DNA from: Camelus ferus
Lineage: Eukaryota
Assembly: GCF_009834535.1 (NCBI RefSeq)
Contig: NC_045696.1
Coordinates: forward strand, 69,318,001 to 69,382,000
DNA length: 64,000 nucleotides
Direction: 5' to 3'
The first letter of the stretch is position 1. The number at the start of each line of letters is the position of its first letter. A model generated the notes under the pieces. That model saw nothing but the letters and a program-made list of their open reading frames with translations. It searched no databases and was not told where the DNA came from. Positions 1 to 12,711 of this stretch are shown piece by piece. A program made the translations under genes and the position numbers.

Positions 1-544
1 TTAGATAAAACATGGACTTTTTTGTTTGACACAATCCCTACCACTGTTTATGGCCTCCTCAACATGGGGGTTTAACATTGGTTGCCTTTTATTATCATCT
101 TCCTATTGTTAAACAATTGTAAATGCTATTTTTTTAAGATAGCGAAAGATTTTTCTTTACTCATATTCTCACTACCCCATGAAGGTGGTAAAAATGAAAG
201 CCAGACAGAGAAGACCATGTACTTAAAAAAACTAGGACATATCTCTTTGTGGAATAAAAACTGTTTTTGTGTTTAATGCGCTAAGTAGATCTAAGTTATT
301 TTTTAAATCTTGATTAATGCATTCATTTACATCATCTGCCTGACCCTTACCGAAGTTTACATTTGCACTCATGGCTAATAGCATCCTAATGACAAGGCAC
401 AAGAAGATCTGCAATTTCCTTCCTCCTCTCTGTGAGGCGGGGAGGGAGGAGGTATGACTAATAACTACCATTTCCCAGAGCTCTGCTGAAGCCAGAGAGA
501 GCTCGGGGGTGGGCCTTCCCCACAGGGAGCCCAGGGAACAGCCC

Positions 545-700
545 AGGGTTTGAACCTAGCCTCCTTGGCTGGCATGGGGCTCCACTGCTTACTCTGGGAT
601 TTTAAGCAGTTTTCTGTGAGCCTCAGTTTGTTCATCTGCAAACTGTGGATGATACCACCTATTTTGTTGGGCCGCTGACAGAACAGAATAAACCTGGAGG
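545..700 (+). mobile_element. MIR SINE fragment
   Basis: Core motif 'gagcctcagtttgttcatctgcaaactgtggatgata' resembles the MIR core. Confidence 0.6.
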
Positions 701-1110
701 GAAGGGGTGTTTGATGGGCAAATGTGGCTCTTCCGAGGTCCCGTGCTGAATCAGCAGTGGTGGCTTGGACCCAGGCCAGTACCCGTGCGTGCGTGGAGGG
801 TCCCCCTTTGCAGAGTGTTTTGGATGCTGTGAGGGAAAGCTGCCTACATGTTTTAGTGCAAAGAGAGATGTTAAAAACCTTTCAAGTGTTTTTGTAGGGG
901 GAAGAAAAAGGTTTAATTCAGGCTAAAGAAGTTAAAAGGAGACTTACTCCTCTTGCTCACTTCTCTAATATTTAATGTTCAGGCACAGGGGAACCGAGTG
1001 GGTTATAGACTCCGGGATTCCCTCTGCAGTAGTTGCTGATGGTGTTGTGAGAGCAGGGAGAAGACGCTGGACCGTAGCGCCATCAATCTTACAGCCGCAA
1101 AGACCTTATT

Positions 1111-1318
1111 ACAGTGGTTATCAACTCTAGTGCAAATTAGGATTGTCATGACGGGGTGGGACTGGGTGGGGGGATTTGGTAAGGATGCAGGTGCCGAGGC
1201 CACACCCAGACCTACTGAATTTGAATTTCTGAAGGGACCAGAAATCTGCATTTTCACACCCTGCCCACAAGGTGTTTTAGATGCAGGTGGTCCTCTGCCA
1301 GCACTTTGAAAAACACTC
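1111..1318. mobile_element. MER5-type hAT-Charlie MITE
   Basis: cagtggtt...ccacacccagacctactgaatttgaatt...aatctgcatttt...tttgaaaaacact, the typical MER5A/B layout. Confidence 0.7.
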
Positions 1319-2257
1319 CCTCCACCTCTCCAATCCCCATCCCCTCCTTGCACCCTCTGCAAAAGAGTTTGGACCCAGAGTCACCCTCTCAGCTGGAACT
1401 GATTCGAGGCAGCCCATGCCTGCCTTGGACAGCTTTGACAGTTAGAATGTTTCCTCCACAAACTCAGTTAAAGTTGTGTCTCCCCACAATTTACATACAG
1501 GGATGTTCTTTGCAGAGCTGGTCTCCCCACACCCATTCACCCCATGCTCTTATGGGCCTTCAAATACTCAAAACCAAGATCCTGCCTGTAACCCACTGCC
1601 CCAGGCCTCAGCAATCTATGGTTAGTGTCCAGTAATGATCCCAACCCCACTGTACTGGTTCTTTCCCCTTTGTGGGAAGTGTCCCACACCAGCCCACACA
1701 CAGTCCTCCACTCCCTGGGGCTCCTGCAGGTCTCTCCTCTCCTGCCTGGCCCCTCCAGTGCAAAGCATGATAACTACCGCTACTGGTTTCTGCAGTGAAG
1801 AGCTGGTACTGGTGGCCCCCAGAGCTGCAGTCCTAAGGGGCCAGAGCAGGGGGGTCTTCCCAGAGAACTGGGTGGTCCAGCAACTGGCCGATTTCCTTTC
1901 AGAGCTGTTGGGGGCTCTGCCAGGCAATCACCATGCCCCCTCCCACCGAACAGCCCAGTGGAATTCTCCACATCTCACAGGGCCCCTGAGAAAAATGGCT
2001 TCTTCAGCTCTGCCTGCAATCTCCCTCTGCAAAGGGCTCAGTTGGATGCCTGTCTGCAGGGTAGGGCCAGGGAGTAGGACCTGATCATCTTGTTTTCCCA
2101 GCCCCCTCCCTTCTGAGGCCCAAGCTTCTTTGTGTGTTTTATACAAGAAAACCCAAGTAAATCAGTATGCAGGGCCCACTCTTCTATTCTATTATGCATG
2201 CTCAGACATGTTAACGCCCAGCAGGGACCCCCATCACATGCCTGACCCTCTCCCACA

Positions 2258-3836
2258 AGCAGCCCGTGTCACCTGTGTAGTCACACAGGGCCCATCCTCA
2301 CAAAGGGCTCTGCCATTGCTGCTGTGAATTCTCAGGCATTTTATTTTAGAACTTGTGCTTTGTAAACCAGGTCTGATGGGACAGTGGAGCACATGAGCAT
2401 GAGCATGAGCAGAGGAGACACCCGAGGGTGCAGCGCGATATGAATGGTCCCAAGTCTGCTGCCACAGTGGGCAGCAGGCAGCACGTGTGCCCAGCAGTTG
2501 GCTGGGCAGCTGGCGCGGGACCTGGGCCAAGACTGGTAGCGATGACAGCGTCTGTGGGAGTAGAAACAGCAGGAGTGGCTGCAGGAGCCAGGCCCTGGGA
2601 GAAAGGAGGGACTCTGCGTGAGAGCAGCCGCGGGACTGCTGGTGGGCGGCCAGCTTGCCTGTCTGGCCCCGGAACCCATCCCAGCAGCATCTGCACAAAT
2701 AGTAATTCTCTGGCCCGAATGCCAAGATAGGAACAGCCGAAGCTCAGACAGTGAACTTTGTCAGTAAAGTGTTACAAAACAAAAGCATGCACATGACGAT
2801 AAAGCATATCAGGGAATTATAGAATTCTTCAGAGTTTGGACTCTGGTTTCAAAAACTGCTGCAACATTGTGAAGCAAATATACACAGAATTAGAGTAGAA
2901 ATTAAACTTAGAGATTATGGCATTCAGTGGAAAAGAACACTATTTTCATATGAAGCTTTAGATGAACCAACTGTAAATGAGGAAGACATCGTAAAATTAA
3001 TTTTCCTTGTAATGGCAGATACAGTGATAGAATGCATAAACAGATATTCTGAACTATATAAAATCATGAGGCCACTTTCGGGCTCATGAATGACTTTCAC
3101 AAGTTACAAGAAATGCAAGAGGAAACTTTAAAATGCCATTGTACACAATTATTTAAATGACATGAAACTGGTTTGTAGGAAGAGGTAAATCTTTCTAGAA
3201 AAATTATTTCATGAGAAATCATAGCTCTAGATATGCTACAATACATATTTCAAAACAATGTGTCAGAAATTTATCCCAGTGTGGCCACAGCCTATAAAGT
3301 ACTCTTAATAGCTCAGTAAAACTTGCCTCAGCAGAAAGAGTATTCTCAAAATCAAAAAGATCGGTTGTCAGCTTGTAGTCCTGCATTTGCCAACAGTGCC
3401 TCATACTGCCTTTAATTATATTGATGGAAACTGAGATTGCCAAAAGTAAAAATGAATTTGCAGAAAAATCTTATCACCAGTCACTATATCACACCAATAA
3501 AGCATTATTATTTATTGAACTATACAAATTATGGCACCAAGATGTCATTATTTTGCAACTTATAAATTTGTTGCTTCTCATATATTGCTATCTATCATCC
3601 TTATTATATTTTGTAAGTAAAAAAATATTTTAAGACAAAAGCTTTACATTTTAGGACCATCAGCAGCCCCCCCCCCACCTTTTAATGGGTGTACTGGGGA
3701 TTGAACCCAGGACCTCATGCATGCTAAGCCTGTGGTCTACGACTGAGCTATTTGCCCCCACCCCTATCCCTTTAACAGCTTTTCCCCCTGCATTTTCATT
3801 CTGCACTGAGCCCTACAAGTTATGTAGACCACCCTG
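2258..3836 (+). mobile_element. MER45R-like hAT-Tip100 DNA transposon with decayed transposase C-terminus
   Basis: 5' end 'acctgtgtagtcacacagggccc' and 3' end 'cattttcattctgcactgagccctacaagttatgtagaccaccctg' resemble MER45 termini. About 3268-3350 translates, with one frameshift, to IYPSVATAYKVLLIA/VKLASAERVFSK, like a hAT dimerization domain. Confidence 0.75.
3667..3764 (-). mobile_element. Camelid tRNA-derived SINE (Vic-1-like), inserted in the MER45R element
   Basis: Reverse complement reads tagctcagtcgtagaccacaggcttagcatgcatgaggtcctgggttcaatccccagtac, with pol III A and B boxes and a tRNA-like head. Confidence 0.85.
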
Positions 3837-4019
3837 CTCACAGCCTTCATCCCCCAGGTCCTTCAGTTTTCCTTATGAGGAATCATGCTGCCACTTTCCT
3901 GCTTGTGGTCTCTCATTTGTGAAAGTCCTTCAGACAAAACTGCTTGCAGTTCTGGCCAGCGTGGAGACAGGGCAGGCTACTGCCTTGAAACCACAGGAGC
4001 AGCACTTCCCTTGAAGCAG

Positions 4020-4330
4020 TGGGAGACCACATTAAGATGTTGGCAGCCTTCTCTCACTGCTGGCCCAGGCTCATTTTGCAGCCAACTGGAAAGTCCAGAA
4101 GATTTTTACCCTCCCTGCTGTCAAGCCCTGCCTCACCCTCTCTATATATGTGACTTCTTTTTTGGACCCTAGTGAAGATCTTTCCATTTATTTGGTTAAA
4201 TTCTAAATATTCTCCTCTTGGTGAGATGATTTTGACCCAAAGTCTGCTCTCTAATGCTTTAGCTTTTTGTTAGAGCTCCATGATCACTATGCCTCCTCCG
4301 TTTTCATCTTGGCCACTGATAAAAATGAAC
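4020..4330 (-). mobile_element. L3/CR1 LINE fragment
   Basis: 'ttggcagcc...ctgctgtcaagcc...ttttcatcttggccactgataaaaatg' resembles antisense L3 RT region. Confidence 0.55.
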
Positions 4331-4992
4331 TTGCCAGAGGGTGTTACCCAATACAGGAGAGCACACTACTGGCAATGCTTTAACCTGGCCAGAGCACTTT
4401 GCTTCTCTCTGCTCCTTTCTCTCCAACTGGCTCCTGCCCCCAGTAAGCCAAATATGCATGATGCCTCTGGAAGCCTTATCTTTCATCATCTTCCCCCATT
4501 AGGCTGGATGCGCTGTACTCTGTGCTGGATGCCTGTACTCAGGAACAGTTCTGCGTAAAACAGTGACCTGTGCAGAGCTCCCTCTCTTCCTGCTTCTCTT
4601 GTTTTCAACCTCTAAAGCCATAGGACAGGAATAAGAGGCCACTGCCACCTGCTGTTGCTCAGCCTGGGTCTTCTCTACCTATTCAAACAAGTGATCTTAT
4701 ACCTGAGTTTGGGTTCACCTGTCCCACACCTACAGGGTCTGGGGTTCCTTGGCTGGAGCTAAGGACCCCTCCAGTTTTCACATTACCTATAACTCTGGAT
4801 TCTGAATCTATGCCAGGCTGAAGCCTCAGAAGTCATGAACCCCCTAGTTCTTCACCTATCTCAGCACCACAGCTTTGCTTTATTCTTCAGCATCTATTGT
4901 TCCACTTTAACTTCCTGATTCCTGGCCTGTGAGCTCTCTCCAGGCTTAAGCATCATCTCTGTTGCAACACAAGACTGCCTTCCTGGTCCTGG

Positions 4993-5506
4993 TGAGGTGG
5001 GAAGCCCCATGAAAAAGAACGGTAGGACGCCCAGGCAGGGCCACTACTTACCTGCCAGCACCATTGGTTCCCTGGCCCAGCAGCATTCTCTCGCTTTTTG
5101 CGTCTAAAAACAGCTTGCTTCTAGGAAAGCGGAGCTTACCCCTAAGAGTCTATTGGTTCCCTGAGCTAACTCCTGATTGGTCTGTTTGTAATACCTCATT
5201 TGCATAAAGCTCACTCCTGATCCATCCAGTTCTATCACTCCTGATTGGTCCATTTCTACAAAGCTCATTCCTGATTAGTCAACTTTGTTACAACTTATTT
5301 GCACATGAGTTGCAAAGTCTAGACTAGCAGCCTATAAAAGCCTGTGTAAACCTACAGACGGGTTCCAGAGCTTGGAGTGTTAACTCTTCTGGGCCCACTG
5401 GTGTCATAAACCTGAGTTCTCCAACCCTCTGAGTGCTCTCGTCAGGATCCAGGTAGCTGTCACAACTGAGCTGTAACACTGAGCTGTAACACACTTTGCT
5501 GCAACA
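4993..5506 (+). mobile_element. ERV1-type solo LTR (514 bp)
   Basis: TG...CA ends, perfect 4-bp TSD CTGG (4989-4992 and 5507-5510), TATAAAA at 5333-5339, several inverted CCAAT boxes. Confidence 0.85.
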
Positions 5507-7068
5507 CTGGTTCATCTCCAGCATCCTCCATCATCTTTGATGCTGGTGTGACAGCGTTGCTCCTGTTCCTTCCTCCTCATTTTACATAGAAGCTGCACAA
5601 TCTTCTCAACTGTACTGGCCATAGGCTTAGATGACTGCAACAATCTTTTAGAAAATAGACTTTCCTGAAAATTCTAGGAAAGGTTCTCCCCTGAGTCAAC
5701 AGGATGTTGCCCTTGTCACTCTCAGATGAGCACTGCCTCCTCCTTTCTTCTGTAGCCTAACCCAACTACTTTACTCTTACAAACACTGAGTGTTGTGAAC
5801 AGATGGGCTTTTTGTAAATCAGACTATATTGTAAGTGATCCAGAACAACTCTTTATCAAAGGGAATCCTGAGAAAAATCTTACATAATAAAAAGCTTACC
5901 CGCACTAACGTAACTACTTCCCAAAGCTGAATTTTCACATATGGGTGTCCTCTAAGTGGCACATGGATTCTCTGCCCCCTGACTTCTCCGTTGGCTGCTC
6001 AGCAAGACTCTTGGCAGTCCATGATTTGTGGATCTTGTCCAAACTACGTGCTGTACCTGCCTCCTTGATGTATTTATGGAAAACCAGTGTTTTGAATGCT
6101 ATGTTTCAGGCCCTTTCTGAAATACAGCTTTAAAAATGTTCAAATTAACTGTAATTTCTGATGATGACTTTTGCTGTTGTTGCTTAGCACCAGGAAAATA
6201 GAAGTTATGAATTACAGGTGAAATTTTCACAGAGAAAATGCAGCTGCTGTTCTGCTTTCAATAACAGCCCTCTTGGGGTTGGTACTATGTACTTTCTGAA
6301 GAACGAATCTGAGTCTTGAGCATGCCTGGAGGCTGCCTGTTTAACAAGTCACCTTTCCTCCCAGGTCCACACTGCATCCACAGACCGGTTGCACACAGGG
6401 AGGAGAGGGCCTGGCTCTCACCACGCTGCCTCCATATGTACAGCCATGGAGCAACTCTGACTGTCTCAGGCCCTGCCCTCTTTTGGAGCCTCAGCCTTAG
6501 AAGGGCCCTGGAAGCTGCCCAAAGGTCAAGTTTAGACACCAGTGCTGAGTTACAGTCTGTGCTTCTGGCTGAAAAGGCTGATTTCCCCAGCAACTTTCTA
6601 CCCTGCTTAAATAGCACCACTTCTCAGAGGATGGCCCTTGTCCTTCCTTCTCCCTCAATTCAGAGGCTCCCAGGGGAGAATTAATTTGTCCAAAAGACAC
6701 AGCTTTCAACACCCAGACTCCAACGCTGGTGTTCCTCCTTTTGGATCACACTTGACATTCAGGGCAAGCAGGGACCTTGAAGCCAGGCTGGGGATGAAGG
6801 AGCCAGGAAGGCCCCTCATTTGCATAGAATCTGGCTGCAGGGGTGCTTAAAGACTCCCAGAGAAGGAACTTCTAGCCCTGCTTCTGCATCTGCCTAGCTC
6901 CGCATTTTCCTCCTCTTCCAGGGGCCATAGAGCCGCAGGGCTTGGACTTCCAAAATGAAAATGGAGAGCTTTTTCCCTCTAAGATTTTTCAAGAAATCAC
7001 ACCTGAGTTCTCGCATATATCATAATTTTCCAAATGGGTAACAGACCTTTTCTATACCCTTGTCCCCA

Positions 7069-7097
7069 ACACACAACACACACACACACACACACAC
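7069..7097. repeat. (CA)n microsatellite
   Basis: Directly visible. Confidence 0.9.
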
Positions 7098-7594
7098 CCC
7101 TCTTCTTCTTTCCAGCACAGACAGTGTGACCAGCTGAAGGAGGGGTGGACTGGTCTGCAATGGTGTTGGGAAGCCTTAGTGGCACTGTTCTCTCTCCAAG
7201 GGGGAAAAGTGAGGTTCTGGAGAATTCTAAGCCAGCAGCTGCTTCCTAATGGGGCAGGACAGACCCGGGCTCTACGCTCCCCAGCTGTGTGAGCTTGGAT
7301 AAGTTACTAACATAAAGGGGAGGGGGAAGTAATAACAGTAGCTGCTAGGTATTGTGCTTTTATTATAAGTTCATATTCTGACTAAACAGCTTTCTGGAAT
7401 TGTCCCATTTAATCCTCCCAACAATCCAGTGAAGAAGATACTGTCTTTCTCTCTTACTTTTTATTAGTGGAAAAGCCAAGAAATAAAAATATATTATCAG
7501 AGACAGGAACTATATTGATTGATGTTTGCAAATATTATCCCACTACACCTAAGAGAGAAGCACAAATTGTATTCATGGTCGTCATGGCAGGCCC

Positions 7595-7630
7595 CCATCC
7601 ATCCATCCATCCATCCATCCATCCATCCAT
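7595..7630. repeat. (CCAT)n tetranucleotide microsatellite
   Basis: Directly visible, about 9 units. Confidence 0.95.
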
Positions 7631-8418
7631 CGAGCAACTCGTCCATCTAGGACCCCACAAGCCTTGCATACCATTCTGTAATGTTCACCCCACCAGTTAA
7701 TGCTGTTAAACTACAGCATTGCAGGTTAATGGGCAATACTGAATGGTCCTGCTCCAGGGCTGCCATTCCCAGAGGAGAGGATAGAAAGTCTGATAAACAG
7801 GGGAGCAAGAGTACCGCCCCTCAACAAGAGGTATTTGCTCCTGAGCTGAGTCACCACCTGTGACTGCTTTGGGAGTGCAGACAGGGCTGCAAAGCCAGGG
7901 AAGAAAACTTCTCTAGGAAGTTTGATTTCAAGTTCAGTTTTCCCTTGTTGCCTCTTGTGCAGAGCTTGCATGAAATGTTTTTTGTTTGCTTGCTTTGTTT
8001 TGCTTTTTCCAAAAGTCCTGAAGACAGCCTTGTTGCAATCAGCCTTGCAGTCCTATTACAAGGGGAGCAGAACCCTTGGCTGAAAAGTTAATAATTTCCA
8101 TGCTATTTTGCATAAGCTGACAGCTGCTGTCTCCAGAGTCAAACTTGTCAGATAAATAAAATTAAGGCTGTGAGGCTGTTATCTAAAACCTGCCACAATT
8201 CCATTCCCACCAGGGATTTAGGAAAAGATGAAGATGAAGAAGAGAAGAATTTTTAAATCAGTTCATCACACATTTAGAGGCCAGGATTTAGGTGGGTTGC
8301 TCTTCTGTTGTGTGAGAGCAGGAGGGCTGACCCTCCCCAACTGTGGCAAGTTCCCACAGCCCCAGGACACTAGGTGGGATTTCTGGGGGTGCTGGCCATT
8401 CTGGCCCTCTCTTTGAGC

Positions 8419-8869
8419 TACTGTGCCCATAAATTGTCCTGGTCATTGGGCAGGTTTATCTCTGGATCATTCAATACTGGCAACTATAAGGGACTAAAAA
8501 ATAACTGCATGCATGGGCAGCTGGGGCAAATTATGAACAAGATACAAAAAGACCAAAAACCCAACTGCCCCTTCTGAGATGTCAGGAGCAAAAGCAGGAT
8601 ACTACCCATGATCCCTGCACACAGCGCCACCAAGGAGGTGGGCCGACCGCCTAAGACACCCCTCCCTTAAGCCCCTGAACCCAACCCTACCCTCACCCCA
8701 TTTGAGGGACCAGCTTGCCCCTACTCAGGGAGCAAGCAAGGGAACCTGGTACTGGTTTTCACGCCCTTGTGCTGCAGCACCCGTCCCAGTAAAGTCTTGC
8801 CTGAATTTCTCATCTGGCGTCTCATCAATTTCTATTGATTAAGGAGTCCAAGAACCTGGATGGGTATCA
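8419..8869 (+). mobile_element. ERV1-type solo LTR (artiodactyl family)
   Basis: 3' end 'agtaaagtcttgcctgaatttctc...atcaatttctattgatt...ccaagaacctggatgggtatca' is typical of ERV1 LTRs. Near-TSD GAGC (8415-8418) / AAGC (8870-8873). Confidence 0.75.
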
Positions 8870-9036
8870 AAGCCAGCTTTCCAGACTGAGGTCTTTGGCC
8901 CAGAGCCTGAGGCCAGTGATGAACTTGCAGGGGAGGTGAGGGGTGGGGCAGGTTATCATGATTGGGTGGACGGGCTTCAGGCCTGACATCCCGCATAATC
9001 TGAAGACTTTGAGTGCAAAACTGTTACTGCATAGAG

Positions 9037-9198
9037 CAGTGGTTCTTAGCCCTCATCACACATTAGAATCACCTGGGAGCTTTAAAATACACTGATACCT
9101 AGGCAAGACCTCTCCCTGATCCCAAGCACCCTGCGTCAATGAAATGAGACTCTATGATTGTCCAGGTGAGTCCCAAGTCAGCCAACATTGAAAACTGC
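9037..9198. mobile_element. MER5A-type hAT MITE
   Basis: 'cagtggttcttagccc...cacattagaatcacctgggagctttaaaatac'. Confidence 0.7.
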
Positions 9199-9236
9199 CA
9201 AAGTACAAGTAAGCATGGCGCCCCCAGTATCCACTA

Positions 9237-9560
9237 AAGCTGTGCCCTGTAACACCGGCCACCATGGTCAACCTGCAGCTGTTGAGCATTTGAAATGAGA
9301 CTAGTTTGAATTGAGATGTGCTATAAGCCTAAAACACACACCGGATTTTGAAGACAGCCTTAAAAAATGAATGTAAAAATAGCTCGTTAATAGTGAGATA
9401 CTAATTGAAGAGATATTTTGGATATCTTGGGATAAATAACATAGGGTATTATTAAAATCAGTTTCACCTGTTTGTTATCACATGCCCAAATGTGGCTGCT
9501 AGAAAATTAACGCTCACATATGTGGTTTGCATTATATTTCTTTTGAGAAGTGCTGCTCTA
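9237..9560. mobile_element. MER33-like hAT-Charlie MITE
   Basis: 'gagcatttgaaatg...aattgagatgtgctataag...aatgtggctgctagaaaatt...catatgtggtttgcattatatttc...gtgctgctctag'. Confidence 0.75.
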
Positions 9561-9684
9561 GAACATTTCTCAGTTCCGATTCACAAACCTCACAACCAAA
9601 ATTGCTTTTCCAATATTGCTGCTGCAGATGGTAATGGACTGGGGAAAAAGCACTCATCACAGTTTGTAATTATGCATTTATTTT

Positions 9685-9840
9685 TGCATTTACTTATTTA
9701 GTGTCTGATTTCCTCAGTGGACCATTTATTTTATTTACCTCTCTATTTCAGCACCTCACCGAGTATCTGGGACAAAGTAACAATTCAATAAGTATTTTTT
9801 AAGTGAATGGTTGAAGGAATGAATGAAAGAATGAACCAAC
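9685..9840 (+). mobile_element. L2 3' end fragment
   Basis: Ends in 'tcaataagtatttttt...gaatgaatgaa', the L2 tail. Confidence 0.55.
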
Positions 9841-9959
9841 TGATGACTAAAATAGATCGCTTTCCTATTGCAGCATTTCCTAGACATATGGGTTCATCCG
9901 TAAGAGTCTCCTTCTAAGGCTTGTACTGCAAAAAGGGGGCCATTTTGCATAGAGGGGAA

Positions 9960-10160
9960 GGGCTGTAGCAGAGATGAAGTGCAAGGGCTTTGGGGGCAGA
10001 TGGACCTGGGCTCAAATCTAGGCGTGGCCAATGCAAGTCACTTAGCTTCTCGGTCACTGTGATTTCTCTTATCTGTAAAATGAAGATAAGATTATCTCGA
10101 AGGGTTATTGTGTTATGAAGGCTTAGCAATGCTTAGTACGTTGTATGGCAGTCATCAGTT
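9960..10160 (+). mobile_element. MIR SINE
   Basis: 'gacctgggctcaaatct...caagtcacttagcttctc...atctgtaaaatgaagataag...ggttattgtg'. Confidence 0.7.
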
Positions 10161-10828
10161 TAAGATGGAAAATGAACAGAACAGGATTAGTCTCTGGGAT
10201 GCAATCTGTTCCCCACAAGGGAGGTTGCAGCCCTGCTTCGCCCCCTGCAGGGGCAAATACACTGCCCTCACCTGAGCTGAGTACACTCAGTTCTTCAAAG
10301 TCTGACTCTCTGTGCTTTTGGGCAGTTTATGACAATGGAGGAAATTGTGGAGGAATTAAAATTTCTTGGTGCTGTAGAAAAAGATGTTTGCTTGGGCTGA
10401 TAGCGCAGCCTCGGCCCCCGACTGCTCTCAGACTGCATCTTTTTTCCCACCTTCTCAGATGAGCACTCCTTAGGCAGCCCTTTGGGATGAGTCTCAGATT
10501 CAGATCAGGACCCCTGGAGATGAGCGGGGGTCTTTTGCACCCATATCTTGTTTGCACAAAGGGAACTAGGACCCTATTGTCATCGGTGACCATATGGGAT
10601 TTGTAACTGCTTAATTGTATAATGGAGTAAATGGCTTTTCTCATGCTTTTGCTGACCAGGGTTAGGCTGGAGAGGAGTGGGGAACTTAAGTGATCTGCCC
10701 ATCCCCCTTGGTTTTTGCTCCCGACACTTCAGAAACAGCAGTTGGATGTTTTGTGCATCTTGTTGTTCATAATTTACCCCAACTGCACGTCTGCAGTTAT
10801 TTTTAGCCCCTATCATTTCTTTGTATTC

Positions 10829-11305
10829 TGTTGTCCCAGCTGTGCAAACCATTGCAACAAGAGTTCTCAGGCCTCAGCCTGCCTAAAATACCAGAAGCAT
10901 ACATCAACCTGACTTTAAACTGCACACGTTTTTCTCTAGAGCACTTTCCACTTTCCACCCTTTTTCTAAGCACGTTTGTTCTATGCACAAGAATATTAGA
11001 AGAGTTCCAAAGATGGAGGTGAACATTGTACCCCAAAGAAAAAAGGGGACCACTGTATCTGCAAAAACAAGGACAACTTTGCAACAAATTGTTACCCTGT
11101 ATGTGTAACCAGTGCCATTCCTTGAACTCTTACTATAAAACCCCCTACCTTCTCTCCCAGGCAGGCTCACAGTTTTGGAGGCATTAGCCCACTGTAACCT
11201 CCTTTGCCTGGCAAAGAAATAAAGCTGCCTTTTCTACTTCATCCAAAATTCTGTCCTGGAGTCTCAATTTGGTAGGTAGGGTATGGAGGCCGTGTTTAAG
11301 CCACA
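10829..11305 (+). mobile_element. ERV1-type solo LTR
   Basis: TG...CA bounded, TATAAAA near 11134, AATAAA near 11218, LTR-type U5 ending 'ggaggccgtgtttaagccaca'. No PBS follows and the TSD is not clean. Confidence 0.7.
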
Positions 11306-12230
11306 CTCACCTTGCTCACAAAATCCACGACATGACCACGGGGGAAAAAAGAGGGGCTATTAGGAAACATGAGGCTTGAACAGCATGTCCGAAATGTTCT
11401 AATCTGGCTAGACAGTATACTGAGGGCTGCCCTATTTATCAGGATCACATTTGAAAAGGGAAAATGGGGCACCGTCAAAAAAAAAAAAAAAAAAAGAAAG
11501 AAAGAAAACAGATTATTCTCTCCTTTGGAGGCTATCTGTAATTAATATTCAAGCTACATTTATCCAGATAAAGAAAATGCTATCCATATGGACATGTTTT
11601 AGTAATTTATGGGTCTCTTTAAGATGAGTAGAAGCATATCTGTGTGCCCAGGCTGATGAAGTGGTGATCAGCAAAAGATTCCACACAACCTCATACCCAG
11701 GTTTGGAATACTCTACAACCATGGGACATACATTTGATAGTTCGGGTCTTAAAATTGTGAAGTCTACAGAATCATGAATGCTGTCAAAGTCCACATGGTC
11801 TGCCATCAACGGAAGGAATGGAATATCAAAATGGGATCGAAAATAGCAAACTGGCCAAGACTTACGCAGAAACTGGATGGAAAAGGCCAGATGCACTGCC
11901 TATGGCTTTTAGGTTGAGTAGGACTACAACATACAAATTCCCAAGAATTTCCTCTCATGAAATATTGACTCTGGTTTCTTCCCCAGCAGCTAGACCAACA
12001 GAACATTCCTGAGCCAGAAAACAATGTGTTATATTCCAGGGCATTAACAAGGGTGTCAAGGAACCATTCACAAGTTCCAGAAACCCTACCACCCACCTGG
12101 ACAGATGGGTCATGATATAAAGCCTTGTACTTGGTCAAGTTCCATCAGCAGAAACCATTGCTTAATCCTCCTTGGAAAAGGCTGTAACAAGTTGTATTGT
12201 CTGTGAATATACTGTCTAGCACCAAGGCCT
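11306..12230 (+). pseudogene. Decayed retroviral/LTR-element integrase (pol 3' part)
   Basis: Piecewise translation across frameshifts gives HLAHKS...LARQYTEGCPIYQDH (HHCC-like), YGHV...VEAY, LIPRFGI, MEYQNG...KLAKTYAETGWKRPDALPMAFRLSRTT...ISSHEIL and LVKFHQQKPLLNPPWK. These are colinear with the integrase Zn, core and C-terminal domains. Confidence 0.75.
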
Positions 12231-12711
12231 TTGACTTGGACTCATGCCTCTCCCTGAACAAAGACATGGGGCAAAACTCTGAATTATTAATCTTCGTTTT
12301 TCTCATACATACAGGCATAGATACTTCCAACTTGAGTCCAGACTTATCTGGATTACCCACAAAAGCTCTTGACAGTGACCTGAAACCACAGGGACTGCTG
12401 GCCAACCAACTCTAACCATGATCCACCGACTAGTAATTCATCCTTGTGTTCCAGACTGGTCCAGCAGCCACTGCAAGCAACTCTTAGGTGCATTCTGTCC
12501 TGCAACTCTCAGCCAGACTCAGGAAGAGCTCCAGTGAGATGGCGCTTAGCCTTTTTGATTCCATTTCTCTCTTTCTAGCTTGATTCTAATTTGGCACCAA
12601 TCAGCTCAGACCTGCATCTGCCTCCTAAACTGGGGTTTGGCCTTGGCCACCTCTAGTCATCTCTGGAACCAAAATCTAAAAAATTTTAAAGGCAGCATTA
12701 TTGTATTGATT

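Noticed and set aside
2234..2730. Four overlapping ORFs and local CpG richness
   Set aside because: Lies in the GC-rich 5' part of the MER45R-like transposon; not a CpG-island gene.
10829..12230. LTR plus pol as one provirus
   Set aside because: No PBS, gag or RT after the LTR and no matching second LTR.
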